Assembly (NCBI GenBank): GCA_035650735.1
Contig: DASRGZ010000079.1
Coordinates: 1 to 43,375, forward strand
DNA length: 43,375 bases
Reading direction: 5' to 3'
DNA from: Chthonomonadaceae bacterium
GTDB lineage: Bacteria; Armatimonadota; Chthonomonadetes; Chthonomonadales; Chthonomonadaceae
Every line of letters starts with the position of its first letter. The first letter of the stretch is position 1. Below the pieces are notes generated by a model, which saw nothing but the letters and a program-made list of their open reading frames with translations, did no database searches and was not told where the DNA came from. Below, in pieces: positions 35,235 to 43,375 of this stretch. A program made the translations under genes and the position numbers.

Positions 35235-35939
35235 GTGAAAAAAGAGTTTCTTGTAGAGCGTCAGGGCAGGGCCTTCGTCCTCTATGCGGGGCTGCTGGAT
35301 ATGGCCCATCAGCAGGGCTTGAAGTCCATTCGCACGGAGTTGATCCAGATTCCTTCGGAGGCGAACAACCGCGTGGCGATCTGTGTGGCGACGGTCGTGC
35401 TGGAGAAAGACGGCGCGGAGCGCGTGTTCACCGGCATCGGTGATGCGGCTCCCAACAATGTCGCCCCGGCCATGCAGACCTGTTTGATTCGCATGGCCGA
35501 GACACGCAGTAAGGCGCGCGCCCTACGTGATGCGGTCAACGTTGGCGTGGCGGCCCTGGAGGAGTTGGGCGAGGAGGATGCCCTGGATGGCGCTCCCGAG
35601 CGCGGCTACGCCATCGGGCCTGCGCGCAGCGCCCGGTCTGTCCCGACGCCACGCGCGGCTAGCGCTATCCGGGAAGCGGCCAAGCCCGCCGCTCCGAAAC
35701 CGGCGGAGAGCGCTCCGCTTCTGGCAGAGACGCGCAGCCCTGCCGCCAGCCCGATCACCGAGGCGCAGTTGGAGGCCATTCGCAGCCTGTGCCGCCGACG
35801 CGGGCAGGACGCGGACGACATCGCCCAGGCTAAATTTGCCGTGGAGAATGTAGCCGCCCTGACGCAGGCGCAGGCCAGCGAGCTTATCAAGGCGCTCAAC
35901 GAGCGCAACGGCAACGGGCGCGCGGCGGCTGCGGCCTGA
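35235..35939 (+). CDS. Putative Rad52/DdrA-like single-strand annealing protein
   Basis: GTG start. LYAGLL..AH, FTGIGDA.P.NV and [16 protein letters not shown] motifs, an Ala/Pro linker, and a C-terminal ITEAQL...[10 protein letters not shown] helical module. Confidence 0.55.
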   Translation: MKKEFLVERQGRAFVLYAGLLDMAHQQGLKSIRTELIQIPSEANNRVAICVATVVLEKDGAERVFTGIGDAAPNNVAPAMQTCLIRMAETRSKARALRDAVNVGVAALEELGEEDALDGAPERGYAIGPARSARSVPTPRAASAIREAAKPAAPKPAESAPLLAETRSPAASPITEAQLEAIRSLCRRRGQDADDIAQAKFAVENVAALTQAQASELIKALNERNGNGRAAAAA

Positions 35940-35961
35940 TAGGTCTGCGCCAATCTCTCAT

Positions 35962-36044
35962 CAGGGCAATTGCCCGAACCAAATTTTCTCTCTCCTCTGT
36001 GCCAGCAGGCATAGATGCAACAAGAGGAAGAGGCAATTGCCCTG
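35962..36044. mobile_element. 83-bp MITE / internally deleted IS
   Basis: 13-bp perfect terminal inverted repeats CAGGGCAATTGCC. 10-bp target duplication AATCTCTCAT at 35952-35961 and 36045-36054. Confidence 0.85.
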
Positions 36045-36124
36045 AATCTCTCATGTTGCATCGGGGTGGGGAGCCGTGTTACAATAACAGCAGGTTTTCG
36101 TCCTGCTGTTATGAGGTAAGTCCC

Positions 36125-36739
36125 ATGCCCCGCCCTAGCTTCGTCAGGCGTTCTCTCGGCGCCGCCGCGTTCACGCTGGTCGAGCTGCTCGTCGTCATCG
36201 CTATTATTGCGGTGCTGACGGCGATCCTGCTGCCCGTATTCGCGGCGGCGCGCGCTTCTGCCCGCCGCACCGCCTGCGTCTCGAACCTGCGCCAGATCGG
36301 GCTGGCGCTGGGCATGTACCGGCAGGACTACGAAGAGCTTCCTCCGCAGCTTTCGACCCTCTATCCGGCCTATGTCTCCGACGCGCGCCTGTTCCTCTGT
36401 CCCAGCGATCCCAAGCAGGGCCAGTACGAGGGCAATTCCCGGCTGGAAGGCAATCTGTATCTCCCCAGCGGCGTGAGCTACTGCTACATTCCGCGCTGGC
36501 AGAAAGCGCTGGATATGGGCTGGTGGCGATCCGGTCCGCCGTTCGGCCCCGGCAAATGGGAGGACCTGACGCCGGTGGCGGACTGTCAGTGGCACTGGGC
36601 GCGGACGTTCAACCCCAACTGGACGGATAATATTAAGGGCGCGCGCGGGTGGGATTTGGTGCTGATGATGGCCGGCAGCGTGCGCAAGATCCGCGTGGAG
36701 GAACCCCTGGAAAACTTTACCCCCGACCACTACCGCTGA
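36125..36739 (+). CDS. Prepilin-type N-terminal cleavage/methylation protein
   Basis: ATG at 36125. [40 protein letters not shown] and FLCPSD motifs. Confidence 0.85.
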   Translation: MPRPSFVRRSLGAAAFTLVELLVVIAIIAVLTAILLPVFAAARASARRTACVSNLRQIGLALGMYRQDYEELPPQLSTLYPAYVSDARLFLCPSDPKQGQYEGNSRLEGNLYLPSGVSYCYIPRWQKALDMGWWRSGPPFGPGKWEDLTPVADCQWHWARTFNPNWTDNIKGARGWDLVLMMAGSVRKIRVEEPLENFTPDHYR

Positions 36740-36752
36740 TGGGAGCAATTGA

Positions 36753-37934
36753 GTGAGTCAATCCATCTCTTTCCGAATCCTGGCCGGGCACGTGGCCGAT
36801 GCGCGTGGTGAGCGCCAGAACGTCGCTCTGACTGTGCAGGCGGGCCGCATTGGGGAGTTAGCCCCCTGGAACGACGCGACGACGCCCTCTCCCGGCGACA
36901 TAGACGCGCGGAACGCCCTGCTGCTGCCCGGCTTTATGGACATTCACATTCACGGCGGCGCGGGCCGCTACCTCATGGACGGCACGGCGGACGCGTTGGA
37001 GACGGTCGCCGCGCATCTGGCGCGGCATGGCGTGACCGGGTTTCTCTCGACGACCGTCACGGCTCCCTGGGAAGCGCAGTCGCAGGCATTGGCGGTGGCG
37101 GCCCGTGCGGCGCGTTCCCCGCAGAACGGCACGCGAGGCGCGGCGGTGCTGGGGTGTCATCTGGAAGGCCCGTACATCAACCCGAAGAAGAAGGGCGCGC
37201 AGCCAGGGCAGTATATCCTCAAGCCGGATGTGGACGACTTTCGCCGCCAGGTGGGGGACAACCTGAGCGCGGTGCGCGTGATGACCCTCGCCCCGGAGAT
37301 GCCCGGCGCGCTGGAGCTCATTCGCTTTCTGGCCGCGCATGGGATCATCGCCTCGCTCGGCCACACCGATGCCACTTACGAGCAGATGTGCGCCGGAATA
37401 GATGCGGGCGCGCGCCACGTCACGCATTGCTTCAACGCGATGCGCCCCATGGAGAGCCGCGAGCCGGGCGTCGTAGGCGCGGCGATGAGCCGCTCGGAGC
37501 TAACGGCGGAACTGATCTGGGACAATGTCCATGTCCATCCGGCCTCCTGCCGCGCGCTCATCAACGCGAAGGGGACGGAAGGAGTCATCCTTATCTCCGA
37601 CGGCATTCCGGGCACTGGAATGCCGGACGGCTACGAGTTCTCGCTGGGCGATCTGACGGTCGCCGTCCACAACGGCACGGCCCGTCTGCCCGACGGCACG
37701 CTGGCCGGCAGCCTGCTCACCCTGGACGTGGCTTTCCAGAATGCCTCGGCGTTCACGCTCCCGCAGCGCGCCGCCCTGACCTCCCGCAACGCCGCGCTCG
37801 CGCTCGGACTCGGCCACCGCAAGGGCCTGCTTGCCCCCGGCTATGACGCCGACCTCGTCCTGCTCAACCCGGACGGAACTGTGCGCCAGACCTTCGTGGC
37901 CGGTCGCAGCGTCTATCAAGCCGCAACGGCCTGA
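36753..37934 (+). CDS. nagA: N-acetylglucosamine-6-phosphate deacetylase
   Basis: PGFMDIHIHG, HLEGPYI, TLAPE, GHTDA, THCFNAM, LAGS and GYDAD motifs. Confidence 0.93.
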   Translation: MSQSISFRILAGHVADARGERQNVALTVQAGRIGELAPWNDATTPSPGDIDARNALLLPGFMDIHIHGGAGRYLMDGTADALETVAAHLARHGVTGFLSTTVTAPWEAQSQALAVAARAARSPQNGTRGAAVLGCHLEGPYINPKKKGAQPGQYILKPDVDDFRRQVGDNLSAVRVMTLAPEMPGALELIRFLAAHGIIASLGHTDATYEQMCAGIDAGARHVTHCFNAMRPMESREPGVVGAAMSRSELTAELIWDNVHVHPASCRALINAKGTEGVILISDGIPGTGMPDGYEFSLGDLTVAVHNGTARLPDGTLAGSLLTLDVAFQNASAFTLPQRAALTSRNAALALGLGHRKGLLAPGYDADLVLLNPDGTVRQTFVAGRSVYQAATA

Positions 37935-38021
37935 TCCTGGCTCCCTTGCTCGGTTTCTGTCTCATCCAACCCAAGACAACTATGTTATAATGGGGATACG
38001 AGGGAACCGGAGGTGAAGGAG

Positions 38022-38243
38022 ATGGCACAGCCTGAAATCATAGGACTGCATATCAGCGGCGCGGCAGAGCGAACGCGAATGCGAGCGCTCATGCGGCAGT
38101 ATCGAGATACCCCAATGGATTTAGCCGATGCGTCCCTTGTGGCGGCAGCGGAGGCGCTCAAGGTCAGGCGCATCTTCACGCTCGATAACGACTTTTACGT
38201 CAACCAGATGGACGGCAACAAGCCCTTTGAGGTTGTCCCCTAA
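38022..38243 (+). pseudogene. Internally deleted toxin-antitoxin module (VapC/PIN C-terminus)
   Basis: YRDTPMDLADASLVAAAE...IFTLDNDF is the C-terminal half of a PIN domain; the N-terminal catalytic Asp region is missing. Strong TG-T-TATAAT (37983-37991) and RBS are retained. Confidence 0.7.
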
Positions 38244-38303
38244 GCGTTTGCCACTTCAAAGCAGGCACAGAAAACTGACAGGCCGTATTCGCAGTCCCAT
38301 GCA

Positions 38304-40568
38304 ATGAAAATGTGCATATCAAGAAGCAGTTTCATGCTGTGCCCGCCTGCAATAAAGCGCGGCTGTGAATCCGCGCGGGGAATGTTGCTGGCGGGCTTGT
38401 TGTGCGTGTTCTCTCTGCGGGCGGCAGGCGCGGCTGCGCCGGGCGCGACACTGGCGACGGAAGATACGGCCATCCGCGTGGAGGCGCGCGATAATCGGGT
38501 CGTGCTTGTCTCGTTGAAGTCTGCCCAGGCGCAGTGGGACTGGATCGCGCCGCAGGAGGCAGAAACGGAGGGCCGTGATCCGACCAGCATTCCCTTTGTG
38601 GCGACTGCCGAGGTGGGGGGGCGCGCGATGCCGCTTACCTGGCGATTTGCCGGGTGCAGCGTCCTGGAAGGCACGCCGCGCCGCTGCGTCCTCACCTTCA
38701 TCTGCTCAAGCCCGTACCTGGAGCTAAAATCCACCTGGCAGGCGTGGCCCGGCCCCGGCCCCATCGAGCACACCCTGACCATCGCCAACAAGGGCCGCGC
38801 GCCCGTCCTCCTTCCCGTGCAGCCCAGCCTCGTCTTCGATGCCCGCCCGCCCGCCAACCACACGCTCGAAAACTGGTGGGTGGAGAAGGGCGCGGGCACG
38901 CCTACCAACGTCGGCACGCACCGCGCAGCGGTCCATGCGGACTTCGCCCTCGCGCTCCTCTCTCTGCCCTATGCGCGCGATAACGCCCAGGAGCGCGACC
39001 CCATCCCCTGGACGGCGGTGCAGGATGTGCAGGGACAGCAGGGCTGGTACGCGGGCGTGGAGTTCTCCGGGCGGGTGCGGATGCGGCTGAGCGCTCTGCC
39101 AGCGCCCCATGTGGAACCGGGCCAGACGAGCGGCTTTGGCCTGGGACTGCGTGCCGAGATCGGCCTGGACCCCGACGAGAATGCCATGCTGCCCTACCGC
39201 ACGCGCCTGGAGCCCGGCGAAACGCTGGAGACACCGACGGTCTTTCTCGGCTGCTACACCGGTGACGTGGATGACGGGGCCAATCGGCTGCATCGCTGGG
39301 TGGAGGCGCACCTGCGCCCGCCGGCGCCCAAAGACCGCTTTCCCCTGCTCGCCAACAACACCTGGGGCAGCGGCATGGCGGTCAATGAGGAACTGGCCCG
39401 CCGGATGATCGCGGATGCCGCCGACCTCGGCCTGGAGCTCTTTCACATAGACGCGGGCTGGTATCAGAGGGTAGGGGCCTGGTATCCCGATAGGGCAAAG
39501 TTTCCGCGCGGATTGTCTCCTATCGCCGCCGACGCGCACGCCCACGGCCTGCGGTTCGGGCTGTGGGTGGGATGGACGCAGGGCGGCGACCTGACCGATG
39601 CAACGGGCCGACAGGCATTCCTGAGCGTTTTCGACCCGGCCATGCGTCCCTGGTTTACCAAGAACTATCCGCGCGGCTGGAAGCCCGCTGACTTCACCGG
39701 CGCGGATGTCTGCCTGGGCGATCCACAGGCGGCGGACTGGTGCCTGCGGGAGTTGCGTCGCATTTGTCGCGAGTATAAGGTGGATATGTTGGAGCACGAC
39801 CAGCGCATGATCGTGGACGACTGCGACCGCACCGAACACCTGCATACCTACGCGCCGACCGACATTGCCTACCGCGCCGCGCGCGGCTATTACCATATCT
39901 ACGATACGCTGCGCGCCGAGAACCCTGGCCTGCTGTTCGAGGACTGCGTCAATGGCGGGCACATGGTAGATTACGGCGTCGTCCGCCGCACGCACTACAT
40001 CAGCATCACCGATACCTACGATCCGCTTTCGAACCGCCGCGCCTTCTACGATGCCTCCTACGCGCTGCCGCCCTCGATGTGCGAATGCTACGTTGCCAAC
40101 CATCCCACCGCCAGCCTGGCCGAGTTTGTCGCCATGCTCCGCAGCGGCATGATGGGCTGGTGTACCATCATGTGCGACACGAGCCAATGGACTCCGGAGC
40201 AGCATGCCGCCGCGAAACGGCAATTCGCCATCTATAAGACCTGGCTGCGCCCTCTCATCGCCAACGGTAACCTCTACCATATCACCGACCGCCCGGACGG
40301 CGTGCGCTGGGATGGGATGGAGTACGCCGACCCACAGGCCGGCAAGGGCGTTCTCTTCGCGTTTCGGGGAACCACGCAGGAAGAGAAACAGATTTTCAAA
40401 CTGCGCGGCCTCGACCCCGCCGCCCGCTATGAAGTCTCCTTTGAGGACTCGAAGGCCGAGCGCTTCATTGATACCGGCGCCAACCTGATGCGCAACGGTA
40501 TCCTGCTACGCCTGGCCGCGCCGCAAAGCTCGGAACTGGTCTATCTGTCGCGCCAGGAGGCGCAATAG
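38304..40568 (+). CDS. Exported GH36-like (alpha-galactosidase/melibiase clan) glycoside hydrolase
   Basis: NNTW, FHIDAGW, FPRGL, FGLWV, EHD, EDCVNGG and GLDP.ARY motifs. Start may be the ATG at 38382. Confidence 0.8.
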   Translation: MKMCISRSSFMLCPPAIKRGCESARGMLLAGLLCVFSLRAAGAAAPGATLATEDTAIRVEARDNRVVLVSLKSAQAQWDWIAPQEAETEGRDPTSIPFVATAEVGGRAMPLTWRFAGCSVLEGTPRRCVLTFICSSPYLELKSTWQAWPGPGPIEHTLTIANKGRAPVLLPVQPSLVFDARPPANHTLENWWVEKGAGTPTNVGTHRAAVHADFALALLSLPYARDNAQERDPIPWTAVQDVQGQQGWYAGVEFSGRVRMRLSALPAPHVEPGQTSGFGLGLRAEIGLDPDENAMLPYRTRLEPGETLETPTVFLGCYTGDVDDGANRLHRWVEAHLRPPAPKDRFPLLANNTWGSGMAVNEELARRMIADAADLGLELFHIDAGWYQRVGAWYPDRAKFPRGLSPIAADAHAHGLRFGLWVGWTQGGDLTDATGRQAFLSVFDPAMRPWFTKNYPRGWKPADFTGADVCLGDPQAADWCLRELRRICREYKVDMLEHDQRMIVDDCDRTEHLHTYAPTDIAYRAARGYYHIYDTLRAENPGLLFEDCVNGGHMVDYGVVRRTHYISITDTYDPLSNRRAFYDASYALPPSMCECYVANHPTASLAEFVAMLRSGMMGWCTIMCDTSQWTPEQHAAAKRQFAIYKTWLRPLIANGNLYHITDRPDGVRWDGMEYADPQAGKGVLFAFRGTTQEEKQIFKLRGLDPAARYEVSFEDSKAERFIDTGANLMRNGILLRLAAPQSSELVYLSRQEAQ

Positions 40569-40721
40569 TCCCTCAGTGGGCTGCCATCTATCGGGCCGTC
40601 AGGAAGAAAACCCACGCCCTTAATTTCGACGCAGGAAACGCGGGCGCCGTGCCGAATACTGTGGGCTGGAAAGTTCACGCCGAACGGCAACGAACTTAGC
40701 ACTCAAGGAGAGGACGGAACG

Positions 40722-41534
40722 ATGCGCGTCATGCTGTGGTGCGACATGGAAGGCGTGGCCGGTATATCGGTGTGGGAGCAGGTCAACGGCGGCGCGGCGC
40801 TCTATGAAGAGGGGAGGCGGCTCTATACCGCTGAGGTCAACGCGGCGGTGCGTGGCTGCAAGCGTGCCGGAGCCTCCGAGATCGTCGTCGTGGATGGGCA
40901 CGGCGCGGGCGGCCCCTGGAGCTTCAAGAGCCTGATCCCGGATCATCTAGAAGGCGGCGCAGAGTACGTGCTGGGCTACTCCTGGGCGCGCTACGTGGCG
41001 CCGCTGGAGGCGGGCTGCGACGCGGCGCTCTTTGTCGGGGCGCACGCGATGGCCGGAACGCCCGACGGCGTTCTCTCGCACACTGTCTCCTCGCAGGCCT
41101 GGTACAACGCGCGCATCAACGAGACGCTGGTGGGCGAGTCGGGCATCGTGGCGGCCCTCTGCGGCGACTTTAACTGCCCGTGCGTGTTTGTCTCCGGCGA
41201 CGCGGCCACCTGCCGCGAGGTGCGTCAACTCGTGGGCGAGAAGGTCGTCGAAGCGCCGGTCAAGGTCGGCCTGGGACGCTACAGCGCGCGGCACTTGCCA
41301 TCCCACGATGCCTGTGCGCTCATCGAGGGGCGCGTCTATAGCGCGTTGACGCGGCACGACTGGCCCCCGCCGCTCAAATTTCCCGCGCCTGTCACCTTCA
41401 CGGTCGAGCTCGCCTCGCCCGACCGTGCCGACGATTTCGCAGGCAGGCCCGGCGTTGAGATCGTCAACCCGCGCCTGGTGGTCTCCCGCGCCGAGAGCTT
41501 CTGGAAAGCCTGGGACCAGTTCTGGCCCCGCTAA
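40722..41534 (+). CDS. M55-family D-aminopeptidase (DppA-like)
   Basis: DMEGVAG, EVNAAV.G, DGHG, GAHA, LSHT, GES and VSGD motifs. Confidence 0.9.
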   Translation: MRVMLWCDMEGVAGISVWEQVNGGAALYEEGRRLYTAEVNAAVRGCKRAGASEIVVVDGHGAGGPWSFKSLIPDHLEGGAEYVLGYSWARYVAPLEAGCDAALFVGAHAMAGTPDGVLSHTVSSQAWYNARINETLVGESGIVAALCGDFNCPCVFVSGDAATCREVRQLVGEKVVEAPVKVGLGRYSARHLPSHDACALIEGRVYSALTRHDWPPPLKFPAPVTFTVELASPDRADDFAGRPGVEIVNPRLVVSRAESFWKAWDQFWPR

Positions 41535-41542
41535 ATGCGCTT

Positions 41543-41572
41543 CAACAGGATTAACAGGATTTTGCAGGATTT
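41543..41572. repeat. Short ACAGGAT tandem repeat
   Basis: CAACAGGATTAACAGGATTTTGCAGGATTT; same family as 42368-42512. Confidence 0.7.
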
Positions 41573-41632
41573 CACAAAGCGACGCCCAGGCACAGGAAGT
41601 TGCATTATCGAAGGGCCAGAGGAGAGTTCTGT

Positions 41633-42361
41633 ATGCAGGCTAAGGAGCGTATCATCTGCGCGCTCGACGTGGACAACGCCTACCGCGCCATTCAGCTTGT
41701 CGGGCAGCTCAAGGATCACGTCGGCATGTTCAAGGCCGGCCTGGAACTGGTGACGGCGGCGGGCATACAGATTTTCGAGAAGCTGCGCGACGCTGGCGCG
41801 GAACGTCTCTTCTACGACGCCAAGCTGCACGACATACCCAACACCCTCGTAGGAGCCATGCGCGGCGTAGCACGGCTCGGCGTCGAGTGCGTTACCGTCC
41901 ATGCGGCGGGCGGCAGGGCGATGTTGCGCGCGGCGGTGGAGGCGGCGCACAGGGAGGCGGAGGCGTTTGGCCTGCCGCGCCCCAAAGTGCTGGCCGTCAC
42001 GGTGCTGACCAGCATCAGCGCGGAGACACTGCGGGATGAGCTATGGGTAGAGCGCCCACTGACGGAGTACGTGCCCCATTTAGCGCGCCTGGCCCATGAG
42101 GCGGGCTGCGACGGCGTCATCGCCTCTCCGCACGAGATCGAGGCCGTCCGCACCGCAGTCCCGTCGTCCGACTTCCTCGTCGTGACGCCGGGCGTGCGGC
42201 CTGCCGGGGCTGAGCAGGGCGATCAGGCCCGCGTGCTCACCCCCGCCGAGGCCATCCGGCGCGGCGCGAGCTACCTGGTGATCGGGCGGCCCATCGTCGC
42301 CGCTGTCGACCCCGTTGCCGCCGCCCAGGAGATCGCCGCCGACATCGCGCACCATAAATAA
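41633..42361 (+). CDS. pyrF: Orotidine-5'-phosphate decarboxylase
   Basis: ATG at 41633. ICALD, DAKLHDIPNT, VTVLTS, TPGVRP, DQAR and LVIGRPI motifs. Confidence 0.95.
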   Translation: MQAKERIICALDVDNAYRAIQLVGQLKDHVGMFKAGLELVTAAGIQIFEKLRDAGAERLFYDAKLHDIPNTLVGAMRGVARLGVECVTVHAAGGRAMLRAAVEAAHREAEAFGLPRPKVLAVTVLTSISAETLRDELWVERPLTEYVPHLARLAHEAGCDGVIASPHEIEAVRTAVPSSDFLVVTPGVRPAGAEQGDQARVLTPAEAIRRGASYLVIGRPIVAAVDPVAAAQEIAADIAHHK

Positions 42362-42367
42362 AGACCT

Positions 42368-42512
42368 CAACAGGATGAACAGGATTTTACAGGATTAAAC
42401 AGGATTTCTAAAACCAGCCCAATCCCTGCTTCTCTCTATAACCCATACGAGCCCTATATCTCTGTCTGTGTCCTCATCCTGTAAATCCCGAGAAATCCTG
42501 TTCATCCTGTTG
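42368..42512. repeat. Inverted pair of ACAGGAT tandem arrays
   Basis: CAACAGGATGAACAGGATTT (42368-42387) is the exact reverse complement of 42493-42512; further units lie inside. Confidence 0.8.
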
Positions 42513-42543
42513 GAATCTTTTTGGGAAGGGAGGCTTCCTGCGC

Positions 42544-43375
42544 ATGAGAGGGTTTCTCGCCCTGATTTGCCTGTTTGCGCTCACCATCACCACGGCTCTA
42601 GCTCAGCAAGCCGCGCCCATCAATGGGCCGGGCTCGACGCTTTCGCAGAGCGCGCGCCCGAAGGTGCCCCGTTCCCCCAAACTTCCCTATGGCCTGCAAC
42701 TGATGGCGCGTTTCGATCTGCTGCCGATGCTCCGCGATACCCGCTGCGTGCAGGATTCGAGCTACGACAGGTCGGGCGGCAACGGCGACGCGGGCCACTT
42801 CCTACGCATGGAGGGCAACACCGCCGTTCTGTGCGACATCCGGGGGCCCGGCTGCATCTACCGATTCTGGTCGGCCAATGCCAGCGGGCAGCTGCGCATC
42901 TATTTCGACGGAGAGGCCGCACCGCGCATAGACTGCCCTATGCAAGACCTGTTTCTGGGCAAGGTCGCCCCGTTTGTCTCGCCGCTGGTCGGGCACAAAA
43001 GCGGCGGGTGGTACAGCTTCTTCCCCATGCCCTTCCAGAAGGGCTGCCGCATCGAAGTGACCGATCCGGGCGGAATGTACTACCAGGTGCAGTACCAGCT
43101 CTTTCCCGACGGCACGCCGGTGCGTACCTTCACCCGCGGGCTGACCCCGGAGGACCAGCGGGCGCTGGAGACGGTGCAGGATCAGTGGGCGCATCTGGGA
43201 AGCGACCCCTGGCCGTCCTCCGAGCTGACGACGGAGGCCAACGGGCGGGTGACGCTGGCGGCGGGCGAAACCAAAACGCTGGCGACGCTCAACGGGCCGG
43301 CGGAGATCAGCGCGTTTCGCGTCAAGGTCACGCCCGCCGACCGCTATACCCTCCGGCAGACCGTCCTGCGCGTCT
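42544..43375 (+). CDS. Exported DUF2961 (GH172-like) protein, partial; runs off the window
   Basis: ATG at 42544. Signal peptide MRGFLALICLFALTITTALA; SSYDRSGGNGD, GPGCIYRFWSAN, LRIYFDGE and PMPFQKGCRI motifs. No stop before the window end. Confidence 0.8.
   Translation, partial: MRGFLALICLFALTITTALAQQAAPINGPGSTLSQSARPKVPRSPKLPYGLQLMARFDLLPMLRDTRCVQDSSYDRSGGNGDAGHFLRMEGNTAVLCDIRGPGCIYRFWSANASGQLRIYFDGEAAPRIDCPMQDLFLGKVAPFVSPLVGHKSGGWYSFFPMPFQKGCRIEVTDPGGMYYQVQYQLFPDGTPVRTFTRGLTPEDQRALETVQDQWAHLGSDPWPSSELTTEANGRVTLAAGETKTLATLNGPAEISAFRVKVTPADRYTLRQTVLRV

Noticed and set aside
35070..35244. 14-bp direct repeat AATCGTGAAAAAAG (35070-35083 and 35231-35244)
   Set aside because: A-rich and low complexity, one copy is the gene start, and there is no supporting element structure.
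1..43375. tRNA, rRNA, CRISPR arrays and Sec machinery (selA/B/C/D)
   Set aside because: None recognised in this window, so the host's ability to decode Sec cannot be judged here.

Overview
High-GC bacterial chromosomal window. The DUF1559-type prepilins, a DUF6785-like permease and several FG-GAP proteins suggest Armatimonadota; this is an inference. It has three blocks. (1) 1-~8.4 kb is a mobile heavy-metal island: a serine resolvase, an IS1182-family element, an ArsR-controlled mercury-resistance operon without merR (merA, merT-HMA fusion, Cys-Cys proteins) and an XRE regulator. Hidden in this operon, and split up by the ORF track, is a gene for an exported redoxin + HMA protein. It has two in-frame TGA codons in U-x-x-C motifs, each followed by a SECIS-like hairpin, so it is a probable two-selenocysteine protein. 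It currently carries two compensating frameshifts. (2) ~8.4-32.8 kb is a LacI-bounded catabolic/uptake locus: three paralogous exported FG-GAP propeller proteins, a permease, a prepilin-like protein and seven cytoplasmic enzymes. A shared GCTAAnCGnTTGCCTA operator occurs three times, and there are several deletion/rearrangement scars. (3) ~33-43.4 kb is mostly ordinary: rsmA, a G5-3D protein, a Rad52-like annealing protein with a palindromic operator, an 83-bp MITE, a prepilin, nagA, a broken toxin-antitoxin module, a GH36-like enzyme, an M55 peptidase, pyrF and a partial DUF2961 gene. All family assignments are from motif recognition by eye, not from database searches.
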